A stretch of DNA of 10,211 bases, from assembly GCA_036679605.1 (NCBI GenBank), contig JAZDCZ010000115.1:1-10211 (forward strand), in the 5' to 3' direction. Of the stretch, positions 1 to 7,776 are shown in pieces (positions within the stretch are counted from its first letter, which is position 1; every line of letters begins with the position of its first letter). The position numbers and the translations under genes were made by a program. The notes below the pieces were generated by a model. It was not told the origin of the DNA and searched no databases. It saw only the letters and a list, made by a program, of their open reading frames with translations. This DNA comes from Gemmatimonadota bacterium (GTDB lineage Bacteria; Gemmatimonadota; Gemmatimonadetes; Gemmatimonadales; GWC2-71-9).

Positions 1-1
1 G

Positions 2-2005
2 AAGATTGTCGCGGAAGACGTGCAGCCGGTGACGGAGTTGCGGAAGTCGGTGCCGGCCCATGTAGCAGCTGCAACGGCCAAGTCGCTGGAAAAATTGGCG
101 GCGGATCGGTTCGAAAGCGCGGCAAAATTTGGCGAGGCGTTGACGGACACCGCGTTCGCTACGCCAACGACTCATGCTGTCGGTACTGCAACCGCGGCGC
201 CGAGCCGAGCGCCGACGGACGTTGTGAAGCTCGCGCTTGCGGTTGTCGCAACAGTGTTGGCGGTCACGACCGCGTGGGGTTGGCTCCGTTCGATTCCAAG
301 ACCGGTCTCGCGCTACAGTATAGCCTTGCCCGAGGACGAAGCACTCGCCCAAACCAATTGGGCTCGTGTTGCCATCTCGCCGGACGGGGAGCGACTGGTG
401 TACAGCGGATTGACCAGCCAGGGCCCACGACTGCTCGTGAGGGACCGTGATCAACTGCACGCCACACCCCTGCCGGGTACGGAGGACGCGGTCAATCCGT
501 TCTTTTCCCCCGACGGCAACCGCGTCGGGTTCTTTACAACGATCAGCCCGCGTGAAATCAACGTGGTCTCACTGGCAGGCGGTCCGCCGATCACCTTAGT
601 CGATTCGCTGGTTGGATTGCCGGGGGCCACATGGGGTACCGATGGGTACATCTACTTCGACGCTGCGGGCGTTGGCCCCCTGCTCCGTGTTCCGGCGAGC
701 GGCGGTATGCCGGAACGCATCGCGACTCTGGATACCGCGCAGGGCGAGCAACAGCACAATTGGCCGGACGCGCTTCCCAACGGCAAAGGCGTGATATTCA
801 CGATCAATCGAGCGGGCCCCGGCATCGTTGCCAACAGGGATATCGCGGTACTGGACCTCTCGACCGGCAAACACACGGTGTTGGTGCGAGGAGCGTATGC
901 CCGATACGCGGCCTCAGGGCATCTTGTCTATGCCACCGATGATGGAACACTGATGGTGGTGCCGTTCGATCAAGACAAGCTGGCATTGAGGGGCGAGGCC
1001 AGCGGCCTCATCGAAAACCTTGGCATGGGACAGGGCGGTTCTGTGGATCTTGCGGTGTCGGCCACCGGCACACTCGTGTATACGACCGGAGCGGTGCTGA
1101 GCGATCCTCAAGAGCTGGTGTGGGTGGCACGTGACGGAACGGCGGAGGAGATCGACCCCGGCTGGGCCGGCGCCTTCTCGTCCCTCGCGTTGTCGCCCGA
1201 CGAATCAGCGTTGGCCGTGACGGTGGAGGGGCCCAACATAAGCCAAATATGGATAAAACAGTTGCCGGGTGGACCGTTCACCAGGCTCTCGCTCGAGGGG
1301 TCGATCAACCGTCGTCCGCGATGGACCCCGGACGGCCGTGCTGTGACGTTCCTCTCCAACCGCTCCGGTCCCGGCATCTTCGCCAGCGAGGTGTATGTGC
1401 GCAGGGCAGACGGAAGTGCCATGGCAAAGCGATTGGTCGATGCGGAAGGATCGCTGAGGGATGCGCTCGTGTCCGGGGACGGTGCGTGGCTCGTGGCCCG
1501 CACGACATCTCCCAACCAGGACATCGTTGCTTACCCACTCAAGAGCGACGGTGCGCCGATCCCTCTTGTTACGACAGACGAACAGGAATTCGCTCCGGCA
1601 CTCTCGCCGGATGGTCGCTGGTTGGCATATACGTCGACGGAGGCCGGTGGGCAAGACGTGTACGTGTATGTGACCCCATTCCCCAACACAGGCGACGCGC
1701 GGTGGGCGGTCTCGACGGGCGGAGGGCGTTTTCCTGTTTGGGCGCGGAATGGCCGGCAGCTCTTCTATCGCAGTGCGGATAATGAACTCGTTGCGGTGGA
1801 AGTCATCCCGGGTCCGACCTTCGCGATGGGAGAACGCAGGGTACTGTTTTCGATGCAACCCTACCGAGACTTCCTCGGCCACTACGATGTGACGGAGGAC
1901 GGCGGGTTTGTGATGATCCGGAACCGCGGCGCCCAGAGCACCAGTGAGTTGATCGTGGTGGAGAATTGGTTCGAGGAGTTGAAGGGGAAGGTGGGGAACC
2001 AATGA
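2..2005 (+). CDS. Ser/Thr protein kinase with TM helix and C-terminal TolB-like/PD40 beta-propeller (5'-truncated by window edge)
   Basis: Frame is open from position 2 (KIVAEDVQPVTELRKSVPAHVAAATAKSLEKLAADRFESAAKF), so the GTG at 20 is probably internal. This stretch resembles a Hanks-kinase C-lobe end and parallels 'MRPSVSAALEFVVMTCLEKRPADRW' in the kinase at 5957. It is followed by an Ala/Thr/Pro linker, a hydrophobic helix (LALAVVATVLAVTTAWGWL) and PD40-like repeats (AISPDGERLVY, FFSPDGNRVGF, ALSPDESAL, RWTPDGRAVTF, ALSPDGRWLAY, VWARNGRQLFY), ending in 'VVENWFEELK'. The catalytic kinase motifs lie outside the window. Confidence 0.85.
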   Translation, partial: KIVAEDVQPVTELRKSVPAHVAAATAKSLEKLAADRFESAAKFGEALTDTAFATPTTHAVGTATAAPSRAPTDVVKLALAVVATVLAVTTAWGWLRSIPRPVSRYSIALPEDEALAQTNWARVAISPDGERLVYSGLTSQGPRLLVRDRDQLHATPLPGTEDAVNPFFSPDGNRVGFFTTISPREINVVSLAGGPPITLVDSLVGLPGATWGTDGYIYFDAAGVGPLLRVPASGGMPERIATLDTAQGEQQHNWPDALPNGKGVIFTINRAGPGIVANRDIAVLDLSTGKHTVLVRGAYARYAASGHLVYATDDGTLMVVPFDQDKLALRGEASGLIENLGMGQGGSVDLAVSATGTLVYTTGAVLSDPQELVWVARDGTAEEIDPGWAGAFSSLALSPDESALAVTVEGPNISQIWIKQLPGGPFTRLSLEGSINRRPRWTPDGRAVTFLSNRSGPGIFASEVYVRRADGSAMAKRLVDAEGSLRDALVSGDGAWLVARTTSPNQDIVAYPLKSDGAPIPLVTTDEQEFAPALSPDGRWLAYTSTEAGGQDVYVYVTPFPNTGDARWAVSTGGGRFPVWARNGRQLFYRSADNELVAVEVIPGPTFAMGERRVLFSMQPYRDFLGHYDVTEDGGFVMIRNRGAQSTSELIVVENWFEELKGKVGNQ

Positions 2006-3042
2006 AAATCGGACTCGTAGGTTTCGCCGGCTCAGGTAAGACAACAGTTTTCAATACCATGACCGGTCTCGACGTGCCGGTGGGTTTTGGTGGTGAGGTG
2101 CGTTTGGGCATCGTGAAGGTTCCGGACCAGCGGATCGACGCGCTGTCCAAGATCTTCTCGCCGAAGAAGACTACCTACGCCGAGATCAGCTTCTGTGACG
2201 TTCCAGGAGAACACGGGGCCGAACACAAAGGTCTCTCGCCTAAGGCGCTGCAGCAGATTCGTGACCAGGAGGCTCTCTGTCTCGTATTGCGGGATTTCCC
2301 GAATCCTGCGTTAGAAGGTCAACCCGACCCCGTGGCCGATCTGGAAGCCTTCCACACCGAGTGCATTTTTGCCGATCTCGAGATCGTCGAGCGCAGGCTC
2401 CACCGTGCCAAGAAAGACAAGCCCTCCGCTCAGGAGGTTGCTATGTTCGAAAAAATGAAGGCGACGATGGAGCAGGAGCAGCCGATACGGTCACTGTCTG
2501 ACGAAGAGCTGAACCGTGACTATCTCAAGGGCTACGGGATGCTCACCGACCGCCCGCTGCTGGTAGCGCTGAATCGAAGTGAAGAGAAGGCGTCCCAAGA
2601 ACTACCCGATGATCTCGCTGTACGTATTACTGAACTTCACGCCGCCGGTCTGGTACTCTCAGCAAGCGTGGAGGCCGAAATATCATCTATGGATCTAGAG
2701 GACCAGGCGGCTTTCCTGGAAGACTTGGGACTCGCCGAGTCGGCGCTCGCGCGTTTCATACGGACGGCATATGGGTTACTCGACCTCATATCGTTCTTTA
2801 CGGTCGGCGAAGACGAGGTGCGGGCCTGGACCATCAAGCGCGGCACCAAAGCGCGACCGGCCGCCGGCCGCATCCACTCGGACTTAGAACGTGGCTTCAT
2901 CCGAGCAGAGGTGACGCCCTATGATCTCTTCATGAAGTATGGCTCCGAGCAGGCGGTAAAGGACGCCGGTCGTCTCCAGGTCGAGGGGAAGGAATATGTG
3001 GTCTCCGACGGGGACATTATGCATGTGAGGTTCAATGTCTAG
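2002..3042 (+). CDS. ychF: YchF/Ola1-family (Obg-like) P-loop ATPase with C-terminal TGS/DUF933 domain, divergent form
   Basis: ATG at 2002 overlaps the upstream TGA (ATGA) and follows purine-rich GGGGAAGGTGGGG, so it is preferred over 1966; 346 aa. G1 GFAGSGKTT, 'VKVPDQRIDAL', G3 DVPG, G4-like 'LVALNRSE'. The C-terminus is diagnostic: 'LISFFTVGEDEVRAWTI..G..A..AAGRIHSDLERGFIRAEV...EGKEYVVSDGDIMHVRFNV'. Confidence 0.9.
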   Translation: MKIGLVGFAGSGKTTVFNTMTGLDVPVGFGGEVRLGIVKVPDQRIDALSKIFSPKKTTYAEISFCDVPGEHGAEHKGLSPKALQQIRDQEALCLVLRDFPNPALEGQPDPVADLEAFHTECIFADLEIVERRLHRAKKDKPSAQEVAMFEKMKATMEQEQPIRSLSDEELNRDYLKGYGMLTDRPLLVALNRSEEKASQELPDDLAVRITELHAAGLVLSASVEAEISSMDLEDQAAFLEDLGLAESALARFIRTAYGLLDLISFFTVGEDEVRAWTIKRGTKARPAAGRIHSDLERGFIRAEVTPYDLFMKYGSEQAVKDAGRLQVEGKEYVVSDGDIMHVRFNV

Positions 3043-3066
3043 AGACGGCAGCGAGTTTCGCGATGT

Positions 3067-4224
3067 ATGGTGTATCGAAGACTGAGTTTGCTTTTGGCCG
3101 CTTGGCTCGTGGCGGCTCCGGGTGCCACCGCGCAGGACGCACAAGAGGAGGGCATCGCGCGTTCCTTCCTGTTCAAGGAGTTGGTTCTATCGGGACTCTA
3201 CTCGTTTGATGGAGTCGCCGGCCTTCCGGGGGGTGATCTTTCGGAAGACCACTTCGAGCTTTCGCCCCGCCCGCCGAGTAACTACGTCGGATTGGATTAT
3301 GTAAAGACCTTCACGTCCTCCTCGGTCGTCAATAAGGTGTTGCCCGATTGGTTACCGGCAACGGCAATGGATCTCCATCCACGCATCGTGTACGATCGCG
3401 CAGAACCGAACGACGGGTTGGAGCCCATCAAGTTTGCCCCGCAGGACTTTTGGATTCGGTTGAACCCCGGACGAAAAGACCGTCTCATGCTGCGGGTCGG
3501 GCAGTTCGTGATTCCGTTCGGTGCCAATCCGATCCGTGCTCCGCGCCAACAATTTCAGCTGCCCGTCGAAGCAACCGACCTAGGGCTCAAGTGGGATTGG
3601 GGGCTCGACCTCAAAGGGCCGCTCGGCGAGTACGACTGGGAAGTCGCAATGACTATCGGGGCCGGTGAGACTCCACGTTCGCCCCATCTCTTCACCGGTT
3701 CGGACCGCGCGAGTTACCTGATTACCGGGCGAATCGGTTCACCCACCTACTGGGATTTTCAAAACGGGTTCTCGTTTCTCTTCGGCGATCTCCCAACCAT
3801 CAGAGGCTCGAGACTGGTGGGCCAACCTGCTATTTCACGTTGGCGGGTCGCGTACGATGTCTTCTACAAGTATGGCACCTACGTATTAACTGGTGGCCAG
3901 GTAACCTTCGGACAAGATGGGTTCACGGGCGACGAGCGGTTCGTTCGCGTCACCGGTGGTGAGACCGCGGATGTTCTAAGCGCACGCGCGTGGGCCGACT
4001 GGGTGATTCCGGTGTATCAAGACGTTCGCCTTGGCGTCCAGTTCGAAACGGTCCGCCGAGATGTCTCGTTATCGGGCTCCGATGACACCGCGGTTATCTT
4101 GGAGTTTGGTTATTCGGTCACGACTGCGATCACGGCGAAGTTGAACTACCGTGAAGAATTCAATCGTTCCATCGGGAAGGAGAATGATGCAGTGTACCTC
4201 ACGTTGATTGTCTATGGTCGTTAA
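3067..4224 (+). CDS. Exported hypothetical protein, probable outer-membrane beta-barrel (porin-like)
   Basis: Sec signal peptide (MVYRRLSLLLAAWLVAAPGATA|QD). Many amphipathic beta-strand patterns with aromatic residues (LRVGQFVIPFG, WDWGLDLKG, YDWEVAMTIG, YLITGRIG, VRLGVQFE, ILEFGYSV, AKLNYREE, AVYLTLIVY). The motif order is reminiscent of OprO/OprP-like porins. The CDS is well supported; the fold is inferred. Confidence 0.6.
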   Translation: MVYRRLSLLLAAWLVAAPGATAQDAQEEGIARSFLFKELVLSGLYSFDGVAGLPGGDLSEDHFELSPRPPSNYVGLDYVKTFTSSSVVNKVLPDWLPATAMDLHPRIVYDRAEPNDGLEPIKFAPQDFWIRLNPGRKDRLMLRVGQFVIPFGANPIRAPRQQFQLPVEATDLGLKWDWGLDLKGPLGEYDWEVAMTIGAGETPRSPHLFTGSDRASYLITGRIGSPTYWDFQNGFSFLFGDLPTIRGSRLVGQPAISRWRVAYDVFYKYGTYVLTGGQVTFGQDGFTGDERFVRVTGGETADVLSARAWADWVIPVYQDVRLGVQFETVRRDVSLSGSDDTAVILEFGYSVTTAITAKLNYREEFNRSIGKENDAVYLTLIVYGR

Positions 4225-5899
4225 GGCGACGGAGCACGTCGCAAGACTATCTCGCCAAGCCGGCTGGATACTTGTCGCGGGATTAGTTGCCGCCGTGCCT
4301 GTCTCCGCGCAGCAAGGACCTCCACCCAAGTTCACGGATGTGGCTCGAGCTTCCGGGCTCAGCTTCCACCACAACTTTGGAGCCAAGACGCTGCAAAGCA
4401 TCCTGATGACTACGGGCAGTGGGGTAGCCCTGTTCGACTACGACAACGACGGGTGGCTCGACGCGTTTCTTGTGAACGGCACGAACGTCGAAGGGAAGGG
4501 GAGTGAAATCACGCGCCATGCACTGTTCCATAACAAGGGAGACGGCACCTTTACGAATGTCACAGAGGCAGCCGGCATCACCGAGGCCACGTACGGTCAG
4601 GGAGTCGCTGCCGCAGATTTCGATGGCGATGGATTCGTAGACTTTTACATCACCAACTACGGTCCGAACCAACTGTACCGGAACCGCGGCGATGGGACAT
4701 TCGAAGATGTCACGGTACGGTCCGGCACAGGAGACTCGCGTTGGAGCGCGGGGGCAGTGTTTTTTGATTATGACAGTGATCGAGATCTCGATCTATTCGT
4801 GTCCAACTACGTGCAGTTCAGGGCCGACGGCGGGGGCGTTCACTCGTCCGCGCTCTCAAAGCGGGACGGTTTTGCGCTGTTTCCCGGCCCGCGAGATTAC
4901 GAGGCAGAAAACGACCTCCTCTATCGAAACAACGGGGACGGCACGTTCACCGACGTGGCCGGCGAGGTGGGCCTGAGTCAGGGAGGTAAGGGACTTACTG
5001 TTGTGGCGTCGGACTTCGACGACGATGGCGACCAAGACATCTTCGTGGCCAATGATGCAACCCGTAATTTTCTCTACGAGAACACCGACGGCAGGTTTAC
5101 AGAGATTGCGGTAGGAGCCGGTGTTGCCGTCGGCCCCGACGGTTCGGAGACCGCCGCCATGGGTGTGGATGTCGCCGATGTAGACGGTGACGGCGATCAG
5201 GACCTATATGTCACCAACATGATATTCGAGTTCAACAATCTGTACGCCAATCAGGGAATGATGATCTTCCAAGATAGGACCAAGGCCCTACGTCTGGATA
5301 AGGACAATTACCGACACGTCGGCTGGGCGACCCATTTCGTGGACTTCAACCAAGACGGTCATCTCGACATGTTCGTGGCCAACGGCCACGTCGTCGATTA
5401 CGTCGAAGGCTTCTCGCAAAGCATCACCTACGGGCAGCAGAATATGCTCTTTATTGGAGATGAAAGGGGACGCTTCAAGAACGTCGCCAACGAAGTTGGG
5501 CGCGACTTCCGAAGAAAGCGTGTCAGTCGGGGAGCGGCATTCGGAGATTACGATAACGATGGAGACATCGACATCTTGATTTCAAATTCCGGAGGGTGGG
5601 CGGAACTCCTTCGGAATGACACCCCCGCAAACGACCGCTGGCTCAAGATTCGTTTGAAGGGACAGGCACCAAATACCGCCGGGATAGGTGCCAAGATCGT
5701 CACCAGGTTTGCAAATCGTACGATTGTCTCGGAAGTTCGCTATGCAGGGTCGTACTTGAGCAGTAGTGATCCGACCGTGCATGTCGGCCTTAGGACTGGC
5801 GAGCTTGAAGGCACGGTCGAAGTCACATGGCCATCTGGAAAGACCTCTACGCGCCGAGTGCACGCAGGTACGCTGGTCATTCTGCAAGAACCACTGTAA
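4214..5899 (+). CDS. CRTAC1-family secreted protein: FG-GAP/VCBS Ca-binding beta-propeller plus C-terminal ASPIC/UnbV domain
   Basis: ATG at 4214 (alternative TTG 4208) overlaps the upstream gene end. Signal peptide ends 'VPVSA|QQ'. Seven DxDxDG-type loops (DYDNDGWLD, DFDGDGFVD, DYDSDRDLD, DFDDDGDQD, DVDGDGDQD, DFNQDGHLD, DYDNDGDID) alternate with 'LYRNxGDGTFxDV' repeats. C-terminal 'WLKIRLKG..NTAGIGAKI..GSYLSSSDPTVHVGL..VTWPSG' is typical of ASPIC/UnbV. Confidence 0.9.
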   Translation: MVVKATEHVARLSRQAGWILVAGLVAAVPVSAQQGPPPKFTDVARASGLSFHHNFGAKTLQSILMTTGSGVALFDYDNDGWLDAFLVNGTNVEGKGSEITRHALFHNKGDGTFTNVTEAAGITEATYGQGVAAADFDGDGFVDFYITNYGPNQLYRNRGDGTFEDVTVRSGTGDSRWSAGAVFFDYDSDRDLDLFVSNYVQFRADGGGVHSSALSKRDGFALFPGPRDYEAENDLLYRNNGDGTFTDVAGEVGLSQGGKGLTVVASDFDDDGDQDIFVANDATRNFLYENTDGRFTEIAVGAGVAVGPDGSETAAMGVDVADVDGDGDQDLYVTNMIFEFNNLYANQGMMIFQDRTKALRLDKDNYRHVGWATHFVDFNQDGHLDMFVANGHVVDYVEGFSQSITYGQQNMLFIGDERGRFKNVANEVGRDFRRKRVSRGAAFGDYDNDGDIDILISNSGGWAELLRNDTPANDRWLKIRLKGQAPNTAGIGAKIVTRFANRTIVSEVRYAGSYLSSSDPTVHVGLRTGELEGTVEVTWPSGKTSTRRVHAGTLVILQEPL

Positions 5900-5956
5900 C
5901 ATCTTGGGAATTTTGAACCTCGCGCTCGGACAGATCACGTCGCATCTTAGGTTGCC

Positions 5957-7774
5957 ATGACTGATGTAGTTGACCGCCTGACCGCCGCCCTAGCCGACCG
6001 CTACGATATCGAGCGGGAACTCGGTGCCGGTGGCATGGCGACGGTTTACCTTGCCCACGACGTCAAACACGACCGCAAGGTTGCAGTCAAGGTCATGCGG
6101 CCCGAGTTGGCTCAATCGCTGGGTGCAGAGCGGTTCTTGCGCGAGATCCGGATTGCGGCGCAACTCACCCACCCCCATATCCTCCCCCTCCATGACTCGG
6201 GTCAGGTAGACGAGTTCCTCTACTACGTTATGCCCTATGTCGCAGGCAAATCGCTGCGGGGACACCTTAGCGAGGACGGTGAACTTCCCATCGCCGATGC
6301 TGTTCGGATACTCCGTGATGTCGTGGACGCACTGACCCACGCTCACAGGCACGGTGTCGTTCACCGCGATATCAAACCAGAGAATGTGCTGCTCTCCGAT
6401 CGCCACGCACTCGTGACGGACTTTGGAGTTGCCAAGGCCGTAAGTTACGCGACCGGATTCGAAAATCTCACGATGGCCGGTGCTGCCATAGGGACGCCGG
6501 CGTACATGGCTCCTGAGCAAGCAGCGGCCGATCCCAGCATCGATCACCGAGTCGATATCTACGCGTTGGGCGTTGTGGCGTACGAGATGTTCGCGGGAGT
6601 CCCGCCATTTGCGGACGCGTCCGCGCCCGAGATCATGGCAGCACACCTTACCAAGGTACCCGAACAGTTGTCGCATATGCGACCAAGCGTTTCCGCCGCG
6701 CTCGAGTTCGTCGTGATGACGTGCCTCGAGAAGCGGCCGGCCGATCGATGGCAGACCGCGGAGGAACTCCTCTCACGCATGGAGCTAGCGCTCACGACAC
6801 AAGCGACACCGAGTGCGTCAGTGAGCCAACGAATGGAGGCCGTTGATCGAACCTTTCAGTTAACCGCAGAGGTCTGTCGGAAGTTGAAGCGCGACACGCT
6901 CGACCCCAGGATCATAGGCGATAGCCAACATTACCTCGATAACCAGGTCGATTCCGATGTACTCGTTGTGTACCATCACGGCCTGGGGCTCGATCAGAAT
7001 GAATTCGAGGAGGTACTCCGGCAGTCTCCCTATAGGGGAATCGCACCAACTCTCTACGGCTTTGAACCTACTGCCCGGCGGCGACTGCGTCTGTCGCTAC
7101 AGGATCACGTGACGTTGCAGCAGGAGTTGCTGGCGGAGCTAGTCAGACGTTATGAGCCGGCCACGGTAGTCGTTGTGGGATTCTCGAGTGGTGCTGACCT
7201 CGGATTCCAACTCGTCGAGACGCCACTTGATGCGCCGCGTCAGATCGATGGCTTTCTCTCCCTCGACTGCAACGTCAGTCGTGATACGTGTTTCGTATCG
7301 GGACGCATTGCATCGGTATCGGAGGTCGAAGAAGAGCTGCTCCGCGACATATTTGCGTTCAGCGGTGCCGTGACTGCCATGAACGAGTGGCTCAACCTAC
7401 ACGAATACTTGGTCAAGGTGTTCCGGAAATTCCGTGGTGATGTGGATGGTCTCAAAGCATTTGCTGCCGACGTCGTGCGGCCGTTTGAGAGTGACCGGAG
7501 GCCGTTCGTCGATTGGTATCGTTCGGCTAGTAAGAACCTCCGTGTCCTGCGGTGCGTCTTTTCCGACACAGATCTGTACAATCAGGGTGTAGCGACTCTA
7601 AAGCTAGAACATATCGATACTGGAATGCTCGGCGAGCACTACGATGAAGCGTCACTCGTGACCGAACTCGAAGCGGATCATTTTGAGCTACTGGACTACC
7701 ACCGAATGACGCGACACGTCGAGGCAGTTGTGGGTCGAGCAAAGCGGCGAGCGGTGGATGAAGTAAACCGATAG
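5957..7774 (+). CDS. Hanks-type Ser/Thr protein kinase fused to a C-terminal alpha/beta-hydrolase-fold domain
   Basis: Complete kinase motifs: GAGGMATVY, VAVK, HRDIKPEN (6362), DFG (6419), GTPAYMAPE, DIYALG. The C-terminal half has 'VLVVYHHGLG' (6962-6988), nucleophile elbow 'VVVVGFSSGAD' (GFSSG 7178-7192), 'FSDTD' (7559-7573) and 'ADHF' (His 7679). No obvious TM segment. Confidence 0.88.
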   Translation: MTDVVDRLTAALADRYDIERELGAGGMATVYLAHDVKHDRKVAVKVMRPELAQSLGAERFLREIRIAAQLTHPHILPLHDSGQVDEFLYYVMPYVAGKSLRGHLSEDGELPIADAVRILRDVVDALTHAHRHGVVHRDIKPENVLLSDRHALVTDFGVAKAVSYATGFENLTMAGAAIGTPAYMAPEQAAADPSIDHRVDIYALGVVAYEMFAGVPPFADASAPEIMAAHLTKVPEQLSHMRPSVSAALEFVVMTCLEKRPADRWQTAEELLSRMELALTTQATPSASVSQRMEAVDRTFQLTAEVCRKLKRDTLDPRIIGDSQHYLDNQVDSDVLVVYHHGLGLDQNEFEEVLRQSPYRGIAPTLYGFEPTARRRLRLSLQDHVTLQQELLAELVRRYEPATVVVVGFSSGADLGFQLVETPLDAPRQIDGFLSLDCNVSRDTCFVSGRIASVSEVEEELLRDIFAFSGAVTAMNEWLNLHEYLVKVFRKFRGDVDGLKAFAADVVRPFESDRRPFVDWYRSASKNLRVLRCVFSDTDLYNQGVATLKLEHIDTGMLGEHYDEASLVTELEADHFELLDYHRMTRHVEAVVGRAKRRAVDEVNR

Positions 7775-7776
7775 AG

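Noticed and set aside
20..22. ORF-track start (GTG 20) for the first gene
   Set aside because: The frame is open to the window edge and the sequence reads as a kinase C-lobe, so the true start is upstream.
1655..1672. Micro-duplication gtgtac-gtgtat-gtg (DVYVYV)
   Set aside because: An in-frame 6-nt duplication in a propeller strand, too short and imperfect to indicate phase variation.
1966..2001. 12-codon N-terminal extension of YchF in the ORF track
   Set aside because: It overlaps the kinase gene's conserved-looking C-terminus. 'MKIGLVG' at ATG 2002 matches the family start and has an SD plus ATGA overlap.
1205..2044. 279-aa minus-strand ORF
   Set aside because: Antisense shadow of the PD40 gene with Arg/Pro/His-rich, motif-free composition typical of GC-rich non-coding frames.
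3051..3061. Small inverted repeat GCGA-gtt-TCGC after ychF
   Set aside because: Only a 4-bp stem with no U-tract, so it is not a credible terminator.
4435..5575. Recurring nucleotide motifs (gactacgacaacgacgg, ggcgatgggacattc-like) suggesting a repeat array
   Set aside because: They encode degenerate FG-GAP protein repeats. There are no identical repeats with regular spacers, so this is not CRISPR or a DGR.
5913..5941. Possible promoter (TTGAAC ... CGTC) upstream of the second kinase
   Set aside because: No sigma70-like -10 at 16-18 nt, and the AAC-to-CGT spacing (19 nt) is longer than typical ECF promoters. Not supportable.
5990..6676. 228-aa minus-strand ORF
   Set aside because: Lies exactly antisense to the well-conserved kinase domain and has no recognisable motifs.
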